A program made the translations under genes and the position numbers. A model generated the notes under the pieces. That model saw only the letters and a list, made by a program, of their open reading frames with translations, was not told the DNA's origin and made no database searches. Of a stretch of DNA of 64,000 nt, positions 51,908 to 63,109 are shown in pieces. Origin of the DNA: Pristiophorus japonicus (taxonomy: Eukaryota); assembly GCF_044704955.1 (NCBI RefSeq), contig NC_091997.1, forward strand, positions 22,754,001 to 22,818,000, in the 5' to 3' direction. Within the stretch, counting starts at the first letter, position 1; the number at the start of each line of letters is the position of its first letter.

Positions 51908-52392
51908 CATAAGAACATAAGAAATAGGAGGAGGATTAGGCCATCTGGCCCCTCGAGCCTGCTCCACCATCCAATAAGATCATACCTGATCTGATCTTGG
52001 TCTCAACTCCACTTCCCTGCCCACTCCCCATAACCCTTGACTCCCTTTATCCTTCACAAATCTGTCTATCTCCACCTTAAAATTATTCAATGACCCAGCC
52101 TCCATAGCTCTCTGGGGCAGAGAATTCCAAAGATTTACGACCCTCTGAGAGAAGAAGTTTCTCCTCATCTCAGTTTTAAATGGGCGGCTCCTTATTCTGA
52201 GACTATTCCCCCTAGTTCTAGATTCCCCCACGAGAGAAAACATCCTCTTGGCATCCAACCTGTCGAGCCCCCTCAGAATCTTATATATTGCAATAAAATG
52301 ACCTCTCATTCTTCTAAACTCCAATGAGTATAGGCCCAACCTGCTCAACCTTTCTTCATATGACAACCCCTTCATCTCAGGAATCAACCTGG
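51908..52392 (-). mobile_element. CR1 LINE 3' fragment
   Basis: RLIPEMKGLSYEERLSRLGLYSLEFRRMRG with a cataagaacataagaa tail. It is truncated at nearly the same point as 2752-3245. Confidence 0.93.
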
Positions 52393-53179
52393 TCGCTTGT
52401 AAATAAAGGGCAGCACATTCTTTAACAGTAGTGATCATTCTGTCTCTGCAAACGCCTGTGGAAGCCGAACAGCCCTCAGCCATGTTCTTAAAAGGTTCAA
52501 CATGGGCCCAATGTGTCCCCCGTACCGTTTCAGGGTGTGGCTGTTCTGCCACTGATGTAAAATTGTTCGCATCAAAGCAAAAGTCGCTGTTTTACCGTAG
52601 AGCCAGCTGAGTGCACTAAAGCCGAGAGCTGAGGAGTTTCTTTAATGGAGTTATACTGCACTCGGTGCAAACTCAAACTGGGGGGGGGGGGGGTGGCTAT
52701 TTTCTCCAGAGTGGTATCCGGGTGACTAGCCGGCACAACGTTCCAGCTGGTAGCTTGGATAGGCCTGCCCGGAGGTCTGGTTTCATGCTGAGGACCAGGG
52801 CCTCATTTGTATCGGGCCAGCGCACTGCGGCCAGAAACCGATTGCCCCGGGACAGCCCGCCGACTCCAGGCCACCACAATATCCTGGGAAGGCCCCAATC
52901 TGGGGATGGGGGAGCGGGTGAGGCAGCGTTCCAGGCTGGGCTTTAGGAGCAGGAATGTCCCACCCCCCCAACCCCACAAAAATGAATAGGAACTTTCGGT
53001 GCTATATGGCTCGGCCGCCAGTTGGTACAGGCCGGAGCATCAACGTGCCACAGGTAAGATTTTAACACCAGAGGGGCTGAGGTTAGGGCGCACTGTGGGA
53101 GATGTTGCTGGGGGTGGGGTGGAGGGAATACGCAATCTTGGTGGTCAGTAGGGTGTGGGGTATAAAGAACAGCTCTGGG

Positions 53180-54250
53180 TTCACCTTGACTCAGCTGTAG
53201 CACTCTAACCAGGTTGAGTCAGAAGGTTGTCAAGCCTTCCTCCAAAATACATGATTTAGGCTGACACTTCTGTCAGAACTGCTGCCTTTCAGATGAGATG
53301 TTAAACCATGGATGTAAAAGACCTTATGGCACTATTTGAAAAAAAAGCTGGGGAGTTCTCTCAGTGTCCTGGTCAACATTTATCTCTCAATGAACACCAC
53401 CAATATTGGGGGAGAAATTCGGCTGCTTAGCACCTGCTGTTAGCGCCTGGGAGCGCTAAGGGGTTAATGACCGGGCGCGGCGAATGCAGCGACGCCTGCG
53501 AACCTCGGTGTCGGTTTAGCGCTGGCGCTAACTCTTACCACCTCGGCCGCTAGCGCCTCGCACACCATGACGTCATCAAGTGCGCAAGACTCCGTTACCG
53601 CCCTGAAATTTCCCTCTGCTGTATCGCCGGGCGCGAACAACGGCAGGAAGAGGAGGCGTTGTCACCTTGGTTGGCCACTTAGGGAGCGCTAATTAAAGGG
53701 AATGGTTTTCAGGTAGGCCAACCGTTATTATTTGCAGCACTCTGGTGCCTGCTCAAAGGTTTTTGATCCTTCATGGCTGCGCGATTTCCAAGCCCTCCAC
53801 TGTGTGAGAGTGTTTGGGGCTGTAATGGCAGTCACGCAGGTCGCCTTGCAACGCAGAACTGACGACAAGTAGGTTGTGCAGCATCACTGGCCCTTCCCTT
53901 TAAGCGAGGGAAACAGCCTCTGATGCTGTTAGCAATGTGCTCAAAATTGTTCAGCGCTCTGCCGCCCCACTCTCGGACTTCAGCGGTCTAAGAGAAGTGG
54001 TTAGTGCTTGATTAGCTCCCCATTTCCCTCTTCGAGTGCTGAAGCCGAATTTCCCGGCAGGAGCGAATCATTAGCGCCTGGCTCTACTTTTTGTACTTTT
54101 CAAAAGTTGGCGCCGTGGTTAATTCCTAGCCCAATATCGTCTGCTCATTTGTCTTATTGCTGTTTGTGGGACTTTGCTGTGCACAATTTGGTTGCTGGAT
54201 TCACCTATATTTCAACAGTGACTACACTTCAAAATTATTCATTGAGTAAA
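53180..54250 (+). mobile_element. Diverged Deu-type SINE split by a MITE
   Basis: Head and core lie at 53180-53405. The body resumes at 54135-54250 (attgctgtttgtggga...acagtgactacacttcaaaa). Confidence 0.72.
53408..54132 (+). mobile_element. Harbinger-like MITE, ~725 bp
   Basis: Termini ggggagaaattcggc ... ttaattcctagccc. An inverted homologue lies at 48611-49886. Confidence 0.78.
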
Positions 54251-54613
54251 TAATAAATTACTTCTCTGCAGAGATTCTGAAAAGGCCTTAACAATTCAAA
54301 GAAAATCATTTCCTTTCATTATTATGCAACTACATAGAACTGCACAGAACGTACAGCACAGAAACAGGCGATCCAATCCAACTGGTTCATGTTAAATAGT
54401 CACAATTCACAAACATTCAGTACAGTTTTACAGGTATAATCAAAACCAGCTAAAGGTGGTAGAAACATTGACATCTGTTATTCAAAAGGTTTGTCTTCAT
54501 TTAGCAAAATGTTAGGAATGTTTCTCGAGGAGATTTTACTGCAGGAGTGCAGCCAAATGAAACGCACAAGCATCTCTCAATCAGCTGCAGTGCATAGTGT
54601 AGTCACTTTTACA

Positions 54614-54923
54614 GCCTTCTTCTTCTTAGGCAGTTCCCCCAGGGTCGAGGATGACTTACTTCCACATTACTATGAGTTCTCAGGTGACTGATGAGACCAA
54701 TGCAGGACCCACAGTCTCTGTCACAGGTGGGGCAGACAGTGGTTGGAGGGACGGGTGGGTGGGGTGCTTGGTTTGTCGAACGCTCCTTCCGCTGTTTGTA
54801 CTTGGCTTCCGCGTGCTCCCGATGAAGGGACTCGAGGTGTTCGGCGCCTTCTCGGATGCTTCTCCTCCACTTTGAGTGGTCTTGGGCCAGGGATTCCCCA
54901 AGAGTCGGTGGGGATGTTACATT
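54614..54923 (-). mobile_element. RTE LINE 3' fragment with (AAG)n tail
   Basis: The minus strand gives ...gaatccctggcccaagaccactcaaagtggagga...cccacctgtgacagagactgtgg...ggaagtaagtcatcctcga...ctgcctaagaagaagaag, homologous to 61615-61918. Confidence 0.85.
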
Positions 54924-55267
54924 CCGCGTTTCTTTCGAGGGTTTTTTATTTTATAGACCCAGATCTTGGGAGAGCAACCCAAGCGTGTCCCTGGTCTTGC
55001 TGTGAACCAGCAGTAAAAGGAAAGGGCAGGCACAGAACGACCGTGACGAATTGGCCATTGCGCATGGGCAGCGTAGCCGCGCGATGACATCAACTACTGA
55101 TGTCATGACATACGCAGCATATACAGGCCAGGGGCATATACTTGATGATGTCAAGATGTGACATCATGTATTCAAAGGAGTCATGGTGCAGCCAATTTGG
55201 CTGATTGCTGACATTAGGAACCAGGGAAAAGTGGCTCACCCTGTCTGCCAGTTTAACAAAATACATC

Positions 55268-55850
55268 AGGCTAGAAATTCGGTGGATAGCGTCCCTCGTG
55301 CGGGTCGGAACAGGGGCGCTAAAAGGTTTGCAGCCGCGAGTGCCGGCATTCGCGCCGCTCGGCAATTTCAGTGTGCCGGTACTGGCGGCACTGAGGAGGA
55401 TTGCCCGGGAGCATCGCGCCGCTGTACAGCGGTATTGACCCGCTTTCAAAGTTTGTTTTGCGCTGCACCCACAGCGCCCCCTAATGACCCCGCCAGAGAG
55501 AGCTGGCGCGCAGAGCTGTCCCAGCAGCGGTAAGGGAAGGGAATGACTGCGTGAGGCAAGTGTGATTGTTTTTTTTTCTTTTGTGGTGATTAATATATAG
55601 GGAATGTTTATTGTTCAGAATTTTTGTTCTTGCAGGGAGGCCTCTCTTAGGGCGCTACGAAGCCGGCTCTTTAGCACGGGATATTCAGTTGCTCACCCGG
55701 CCTAGCACCCTGAGAGAGGTGTGGAACGTCTCCCTTAGCGCTCCGCCCCACTGTCAGGGTGCAGCTGCTGAATTTTCTGGCTGCTGACGCAAACCATTTC
55801 CCGGCGCCAAATTTATCCACCACCCGACATTAATGCCTCAAATACCCGTC
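55268..55850. mobile_element. GC-rich Harbinger-like MITE
   Basis: ggctagaaattcgg terminus. The right part is homologous to the arm of 32166-32484. Confidence 0.6.
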
Positions 55851-56614
55851 AACCTCATTTCCAGTCCATCAGTTTTACTTCATCTGACTGCCGGGTGAGG
55901 AGACCTGGGCTACAGGGACCAGTGGCCAAATAGCAATATAAAAGGGTCTCGCATTGCAGGAGAGCGATGCCCATATGCAGATTGTCCATGTTTACATTGC
56001 TAACATCAGCTCCCTTAACCTGACAGCAGAATTGTAGACCCACATTTTTGTCACTAATGACATCCTTTGTATTTGCAATGATCTCCCCTCAACCTGTGGG
56101 GATGTTTGAGGACTGGTCCAACCTCCTCCGCCATCTGTGCTCATCATCTCCTTCCTTGACGTCACCCTCCCTTGATTCCACTCCGAATGGCCACATCATA
56201 ACCAGCATATCTCCCTCATCCCCTCATATTCACTGTCTATCTACTAACCCATGGCAGCATTATCAACAGACTTGGAATCAGATTCCATATGAATGTTCAT
56301 GACAGCCGGCTCGACTTCACCTCCACCATCTTTTATTCCATGACCGCTACCATATTGTCTGACTGCTCCTCGACATTAAGTCATAATGAGCCAACATTTT
56401 CTTCAACTAAATGTTGGTAAGAATGAAGCTGGCCTTTTTGGCTCACACTAAAGAACTGTGCACCTTAGACCCCCAATCCCACCTCCCTGCACAGCTGCTC
56501 AATCATACTGAATCTGTACTACCTCAGCTAGGCTTTCAAACCCCAGTCCAGTCCATCATCAAGACCATTTACTCCCATCTCTACAACATGTTACACCTTC
56601 ACCCTTATCTCACC

Positions 56615-59600
56615 GTGGGAGGATAGGCACACCAACGTTAGCGTCTTCATCCATATAAAGTCCTGTCCCTGCAGTACAGATTCACACGAGGCACATACTG
56701 AAGTCAAGGTCACTCAGGACCTGCAGCTTTATTACACAGCTCTCAAATGCCTCACTTGCCTGAGACCTGTCCTTATATACCTGTCTGGGACAGGTATCCA
56801 GTGTCTCCTGCAAGTGCACCCCTGGTGGTAAGGTAAGCTTGTGATTACAGTCATGTATAGCATGGTAAGATACAGTTATGTACAGCAGTGTGAGATACAT
56901 GACATCACCCTCCCCCAAGGTCTTATTGTCTTTATAGGTTCAGTCTCTCAGGTGGTCTACGCTCTCGCATGGAGCATCTTAGTTGTGGTTCAGTTGTTTG
57001 CCTTGGTGTCTGTTTTTCTTTCGGTGTGATTGCTGGTATCTCGCCTGGGCTGTCTGTTTCGTTCAGTATGATTGTTGGTGTCTCGCCTGGGCTGTCTGTT
57101 GGGATTGCCCTTTCCTCAGGTTGTTCCCTCTGACTGTCCACCAGGTGTGGTGTGAGTTCCACATTGTAGCCTGCTTCTGGTTCAGCAGTATTGTTGATAA
57201 ATCTACTTTTGACTTGGTCTACATGCCTCCAGCAGGTTTGGCCATTGTCCATTTGTATCACCAGTCGCCTGTTTCCTTCCTTGCCTGTTACTGTCCCTGC
57301 AAGCCATTTGGGACCCCTGCCATAGTTTAGCACAAACACATTTGTCCCCTAACTCATTCCACCTCCCCCTCGAATTTCGGCCATGGTACTCAGATAGCTT
57401 ACGGCGCTTTGCCTCAACGATTTCAAGCATGTCTGGGAGGATTAATGAGAGCCTTGTCTATAAGGTCCATTTCATCAATAGTTGCGCGGGGGGACCTCCA
57501 GTCAATGAATGCGGATGAGATGTGTATGCCAGCAGCAGTCGCGACAGACGGCTCTACAGCGTGGGACCTTGGATTTTGAGCATGCCTTGTTTAATGATCT
57601 GCAATGCTCGCTCCACCTGGCCGTTGGAGGCCGGCTTGAACGGTGCCGTCTTAACGTGATTTATGCCGTGGTCACTCATAAAATCTTGGAATTATGCGCT
57701 GGTGAAGCACGGACCATTATCACTGACCAATATATCAGGAATGCCGTGCGTTGCGAACATCGTTCCAAGGCTCTCCACAGTGATGGAGGTGGTGCTCGAG
57801 TTTAAAATGGTGCATTCGATCCACTTTGAAAATGCATCTATAACTACGAGGATCATTTTGCCCATGAATGGGCCCGCGTAGTCTACGTGCACCCGCGACC
57901 AAGGTTTGGTGGGCCAGGGCCAGGGGCTCAGGGGGGCCTCCCTGGGGGCATTACTGAGTTGGGCACAAATGGTGCACCGTCGGACGCAGAGCTCCAGGTC
58001 CGCGTTAATGCCAGGCCACCAGACGTGAGATCTGGCTATGGCCTTCATTAGAACGATCCCCGGGTGCTCGCGGTGGAGCTCCCGGACAACTGCCTCTCTG
58101 CCTCGCAGAGGCATAACTACTCGGCTGTCCCACATCAGGCAGTCTGCTTGTAGTGACAGCTCATGTATGCGCCTATGGAAAGGTTTGATCTCCTCGGGGC
58201 AGGCATCGTGAGCCTCTGCCCAGTCACCAGTTAGGACACATCTTTTTACTAGGGATAACGTGGGGTCGCTGGTCGTCCAGGCTCTGATTTGGCGAGCCGT
58301 CATGGGTGAACCTGTGGATTCAAAGGCATTGATTGCCATGACTATCTCACAGTCCTGTTCGTCAGACCCTTCCGTGGTCATCAGGGGTAGCCTGCTAAGC
58401 GCATCGGCACAGTTGTCTGTGCCTGGTCTGTGCCTTATGGTGTAATTGTAAGAGGCCAGCATGAGTGCCCACTGTTGAATGCGCGCTGAGGCGTTGGCTT
58501 TTATTGCCTTGCTTTCGGATAGTAGGGGCGTGAGGGGCTTGTGGTCGGTTTCTAACGCAAACTTGGCCCCGAAAAGGTATTGGTGCATCTTTTTGACACC
58601 GTACGCGCACGCGAGCGTCTCCTTCTCCACCATTCCGTATCCGCGCTCCGCCCGTGAAAGTGACTTGGAGGCATAAGATATGGGTTGTAATTTACCCGCA
58701 CTATTGACATGTTGTAAAACGCACCCGACCCCGTACGCTGACGCATCACATGTAAGAACTAGCTTTTTACCTTAATCAAAGAAAGCCAAAACACTGTTGG
58801 AACACAGAAGGTTGCGTGCCTTGTTGAAGGCGCGTTCTTGGGCGTCCCCCCAAAACCAATCGCACCCCTTTCTGAGTAGCACGTGGAGAGGCTCCAGCAA
58901 TTGTGCTTAAGTTCTGCATAAAGTTCCCAAAGTAATTGAGCAGCCGAGAAAGGCGCGCAGTTCTGAGACATTCCGGGGCCTGGGTGCCAGGCGAATTGCT
59001 TCGGTTTTGGACTCTGTTGGGCGGATTCCATCAGCGGCAATCCTTCTGCCCAAAAATTCAACCTCGGGCGCGAGAAACAGGCACTTGGATTTCTTAACTC
59101 TTTGGCCTAGCCGATCCAACCGCTTTAGTACTTCCTCCAAATTGCGGAGATGAGATTCGGTGTCCCTGCCCGTGAGAAGTATGTCATCTTGAAATACAAC
59201 CGTCCCCGGAATGGACTTGAGCAGACTCTCCATGTTGCACTGGAATATAGCAGCTGCCGACCTGATGCCGAATGGGCATCGATTGTACATGAAAAGGCCT
59301 CGATGTGTGTTGATGGTGGTGAGTTGCTTCGACTCAACAGTCAAGTCTTGCATCATATACGCAGATGTGAGATCTAGTTTTGAGAAAAGTTTTCCTCCAG
59401 CCAATGTGGCAAATAAGTCATCTGGGCAGCGGGTATTGGTCCTGTAGGGAGACTCTGTTTATGGTAAATTTGTAATCGCCACAGATTCGTACGGATCCAT
59501 CAGGCTTCATGACTGGGACGATGGGACTTGCCCAGTCGCTAAATTCCACGGGTGAGATAATGCCTTCCCGCAGAATCCTGTCCAGTTCTTGTTCAATCTT

Positions 59601-61916
59601 TTCCCTCATCACATAGGGCACAGCTCTAGCCTTGTGATGGACCGGTCTAGCATCCTGTGTGATGTAAATTTTGACTTTAGCCCCATTGAAGGTGCCCACA
59701 CCTGGCTGAAAGAGATGTTCAAATCGACTTAGAACCGTTGAGTAGGAGGTCCGTTCCTCTGACGACATGGCGTGAACATCATCCCATTTCCAGTTTAGTT
59801 TTGCCAGCCAGCTTCTCCCCAGCAGTGCTGGGAGTTCTCCGGGGACAATCCACAGGGGAAGTCGGTTCACTGTCCCTTTGTGTGTGACTGAGAGCATGGC
59901 GCTGCCAAGGACTGGGACGATTGCTTTGGTATAGGTCCTTAGTTTGGTGTCAACACTTGTGAGTTTTGGTCTGTCTCTTTTGTGCGGCCACAGCTGTTCA
60001 AATTGTTGAGCGCTCATGAGAGATTGACTAGCTCCCGTATCCAGCTCCATGTTGACGGGAATCCCATTGAGTAGGACCCTCATCATTATTGGAGGCGTCT
60101 TGTTGTAAGAGAAGTGGCCATTGATCATGTTGACCCGCTGTACCTCGGTGTCCCGGGTACTGTCCCCACCGTCTTCTGGTCCGCTTTCCGACCCTTCCGA
60201 TTCGTATACCAGCCGAGCTGCCGTTTTTCTGCACATGCGGGCCAGATGCCCTGTAGAGTCGCAGTTTCTGCAAACAGCATGCTCAAATTGACACCCCCTT
60301 GATGAGTGCTTTCCCCCACATCTCCAGCACAGACCGCTTCCATTGTTTCCAAAGGATGAGCTGCGTCTGGCTGATCTCTCTTGAGCTTCTCTCAGTTTGT
60401 AGTTGATTGCTCGCATTCTGGGTTGATGAGGTGTGAACGGCCGTTCATGTGGCCCTTGATGGCTTCTGACGCCACTGCCTGCTGTTGAGGGCCTGCTCTC
60501 CTGCCTTTGTCTACGTGTGGGGGTAGCGGCTTGTTTCTCGCTGTGAACCCCTTGTTCCGATGTTTCGTTAGTTGTCGTACCCGCAGTGTAGATCAACCTT
60601 GTTTCTTCTTCTCCTGCCAAGAATGTCTGTGCAACCAGTCCTGCTGCCTCGAGGGTCAAGTTCTTGGCCTCTATGAGCTTTCGGAATATGCCTGCATGGC
60701 CGATTCCTTCAATAAAAAAGTCTCTCAGTACTTCTCTCCTTAGTTCATCGGAGAACTCACATAAGCTAGCCAACCTCCGAAGTTCCGCCACGAAGTCGGG
60801 TATGCTCTGGCCCACACAGCATCTGTAGTTGTAGAACCTGTGTCTGGCCATGTGTAGGCTGCTCGCTGGCTTCAGGTGATCTCTTACCAGTGTGCTCAAC
60901 TCTTCAAACGACTTGCTTGCTGGTTTCTCGGGTGCCAGCAGGTCCTTCATCTAGGCGTATGTTTTCGAGCCACAGCTGGTCAAGAGATGGGCTCTTCTCT
61001 TGTCTGCCTTATCGTCGCCTAACCAGTCTTTGGTTACGAAGCTTTGCTGGAGCCTTTCTATAAAGTCCTCCCAATTATCTCCAGCATTGTATTTTTCATC
61101 TGAGCCATTGGTTGCCATTCTGTGGATTCTGTAATCCCATAACTCATCGCCACTGTAAAGTCCTGTCCCTGCAGTGCAGATTCACACGAGGCATATATTG
61201 AAGTCAAGGACACTCAGGACCTGCACCTTTATTACACAGCTCTCAAATGCCTCACTTACCTGAGACCTGTCCTTATATACATGTCTGGGACAGGTATCCA
61301 GTGTCTCCTGCAAGTGCACCCCTGGTGGTAAGATAAGCTTGTGGTTACAGGTCATCTCTAGTTATAGTCATGTATAGCATGGTAAGATACAGTTATGTAC
61401 AACAGTGTGAGATACATGACAGTCCAGGCGAACATCCTCAGCATTGAAGCACTGACCACACTTGATCAGCTCCACTGGGCAGGCCACATAGTTCGTATGC
61501 CTGACACGAGACTCCCAAAGCAAGCGCTCTACTCGGAACTCCTTCATGGCAAATGAGCCAAAGGAGGGCATCCAGAAACGTTACAAGGACACCCTCAAAG
61601 CCTTCCTGATAAAGTGCAACATCCCCATTAACACCTGGGAGTCCCTGGCTAAAGACCGTCCTAGATGGAGGAAATGCATCCGGGAGGGCGCTGAGCACCT
61701 CAAGTCTCATCGACGAGAGCATGCAGAAATCAAGCGCAGGCAGCGGAAAGAGCGTGCGGCAAACCAGTCCCACCCACCCCTTCCCTCAATGACTATACGT
61801 CCCACCTGTGACAGAGACTGTGGTTCTCGTATTGGACTGTTCAGCCACCTAAGAACTCATGCTAAGAGTGGAAGCAAGTCTTCCTCGATTCCAAGGGACT
61901 GTCTATGATGATGATG
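56615..61916 (+). mobile_element. 5'-truncated RTE LINE (56615-56653 plus 61427-61916), TSD atctcacc, split by Gypsy 3
   Basis: The joined translation is WEDRHTNVSVF.QANILSIEALTTLDQLHWAGHIVRMPDTRLPKQALYSEL...KRYKDTLK, followed by a C2H2-like PTCDRDC..RIGLFSHLRTH and a (tga)n tail. atctcacc occurs at 56607-56614 and 61917-61924. Confidence 0.88.
56654..61421 (-). mobile_element. Full-length Ty3/Gypsy LTR retrotransposon 3
   Basis: LTRs 61154-61421 and 56654-56904 (differing by a ~17-bp indel), TSD atcca/gtcca, PBS tggcgatgag and PPT gggggagggtga. A 510-aa gag-protease-RT ORF at 60950-59418 has two zinc knuckles and LDTGAS. RT has VFQDD. A 313-aa RNase H-integrase ORF at 58633-57692 has HHCC, HVDYAGP and SDNGPCF. 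Confidence 0.97.
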
Positions 61917-61932
61917 ATCTCACCAGGCTAAA

Positions 61933-62297
61933 CTTTTTTTTTTATTCGTTCAGGAGATGTGGGTGTCGCTGGCAAGGGCAGCATTTATCGCCCATCTGGT
62001 GGTAAGACAACTGAATTGCTTGTTGGGCCACTTCAGTGGACAGTTAAGAGTCAACCACATTGCTGAGTCACATATAGGCCAGACCAAGTAAGGACGGCAG
62101 ATTTCCTTCCCCAATGGGCATTAATGAACCAGGTTTTTACAACAATCCGCTAGTTTCACAGGCACCATTACTTTTTATTCCAGATTTATTTAATTTACCG
62201 AATTTAAATTTCCCAGCTTCCGTGGTGGGATTTTAACTCACTTCTCCAGATCATTAATCCAGGTCTCTGGATTACTAGTTCAGTGACATAGGCTACC
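61933..62297 (-). mobile_element. Second tRNA-derived SINE family, copy 2
   Basis: Homologous to 12084-12678 (gatgtggg.gtc, cagttaagagtcaaccacat, ggcagatttccttccc, gtggtgggatt). Confidence 0.82.
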
Positions 62298-62425
62298 CTT
62301 CCCTTCTCCAGCACTCTTCTCAGTTCCACCCGACATAAACACCAATTTATCCAAAATGCCATTACCCTCATTCTACTCTGCCCTACATTGGTTCCCTGTC
62401 CCACAACACATCAAAGTAAAATCTT

Positions 62426-62603
62426 TACAAAAGCAAAATACTGCGGATGCTGGAATCTGGAATAAAAACAGAAAATGCTGGCAATCTCAGCAGGTCAGGC
62501 AGCATCTGTGGCGAGGAAGCAGAGATAACTTTTCAGGTTGGGTTAACTCTGCTTCCTTTGCACAGATGCTGCCTGGCCTGCTGAGATTTCCAGCATTTTC
62601 TAT
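62426..62603. mobile_element. Penelope-like-derived mini-element forming a foldback
   Basis: Starts acaaaagcaaaatactgcggatgctggaatc. The arms at about 62470-62530 and 62543-62601 are reverse complements. Confidence 0.78.
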
Positions 62604-63109
62604 ATCTAAAATAAAATCCTTATCCTCATCTATAAGTCTCTACATGGCCCCTCTCTGCTCTACAACCTTACCCAGCCTTATGAGCCAGCACGCTCTCCCA
62701 ACTCTCACCTTCTGTGTGTCCCAGCTTCATAATCAGTGGCGGAAATTTGAGCACTTGGATTCTACATGGAATTCTCTCCCTAAACCGCGCCATCTTGTAA
62801 ACTCCCATCGCTCCATCAAAAGCTTCCTAAAAAACCTATGTCTTCGACCGCACCTTTGGTTACCTCCGCTAAACTTTCTGCTATGATGCTTGTCTTCTAT
62901 TTTGAGCTCATTTCTAAAATGCCTTGGTTTGCTGTCTATACTGCGAGTTCCTATATCAATGCACGTTGCTGTCTATGCTACTGCTGGTGCAATAAGTGCG
63001 GCAGTTTTAGCAATGTAACTGTGAGGAACGAGCACATATGCATTGCACTCGTCAGCCAAACATGCAGCAAATGTAAAAAAATGCCTTTAAAAAGCCCTGG
63101 TTCCAGCCC

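Larger units (their letters stand above)
56090..62975 (+). mobile_element. Old L2 LINE 3' remnant (56090-56614, about 62300-62423, 62610-62975), fragmented by later insertions
   Basis: L2-like DNA: tgtctgactgc...cattaagtc...ttcttcaactaaat..tggtaagaatgaagc, ctacattggttccctgtc (LHWFPV), tggaattctctccctaaac, and tail ctatatcaatgcacgttgctgt. Confidence 0.65.

Noticed and set aside
62356-62886. 176-aa ORF
   Set aside because: It reads through decayed L2 sequence and an inserted foldback element, so it is a chance open frame.
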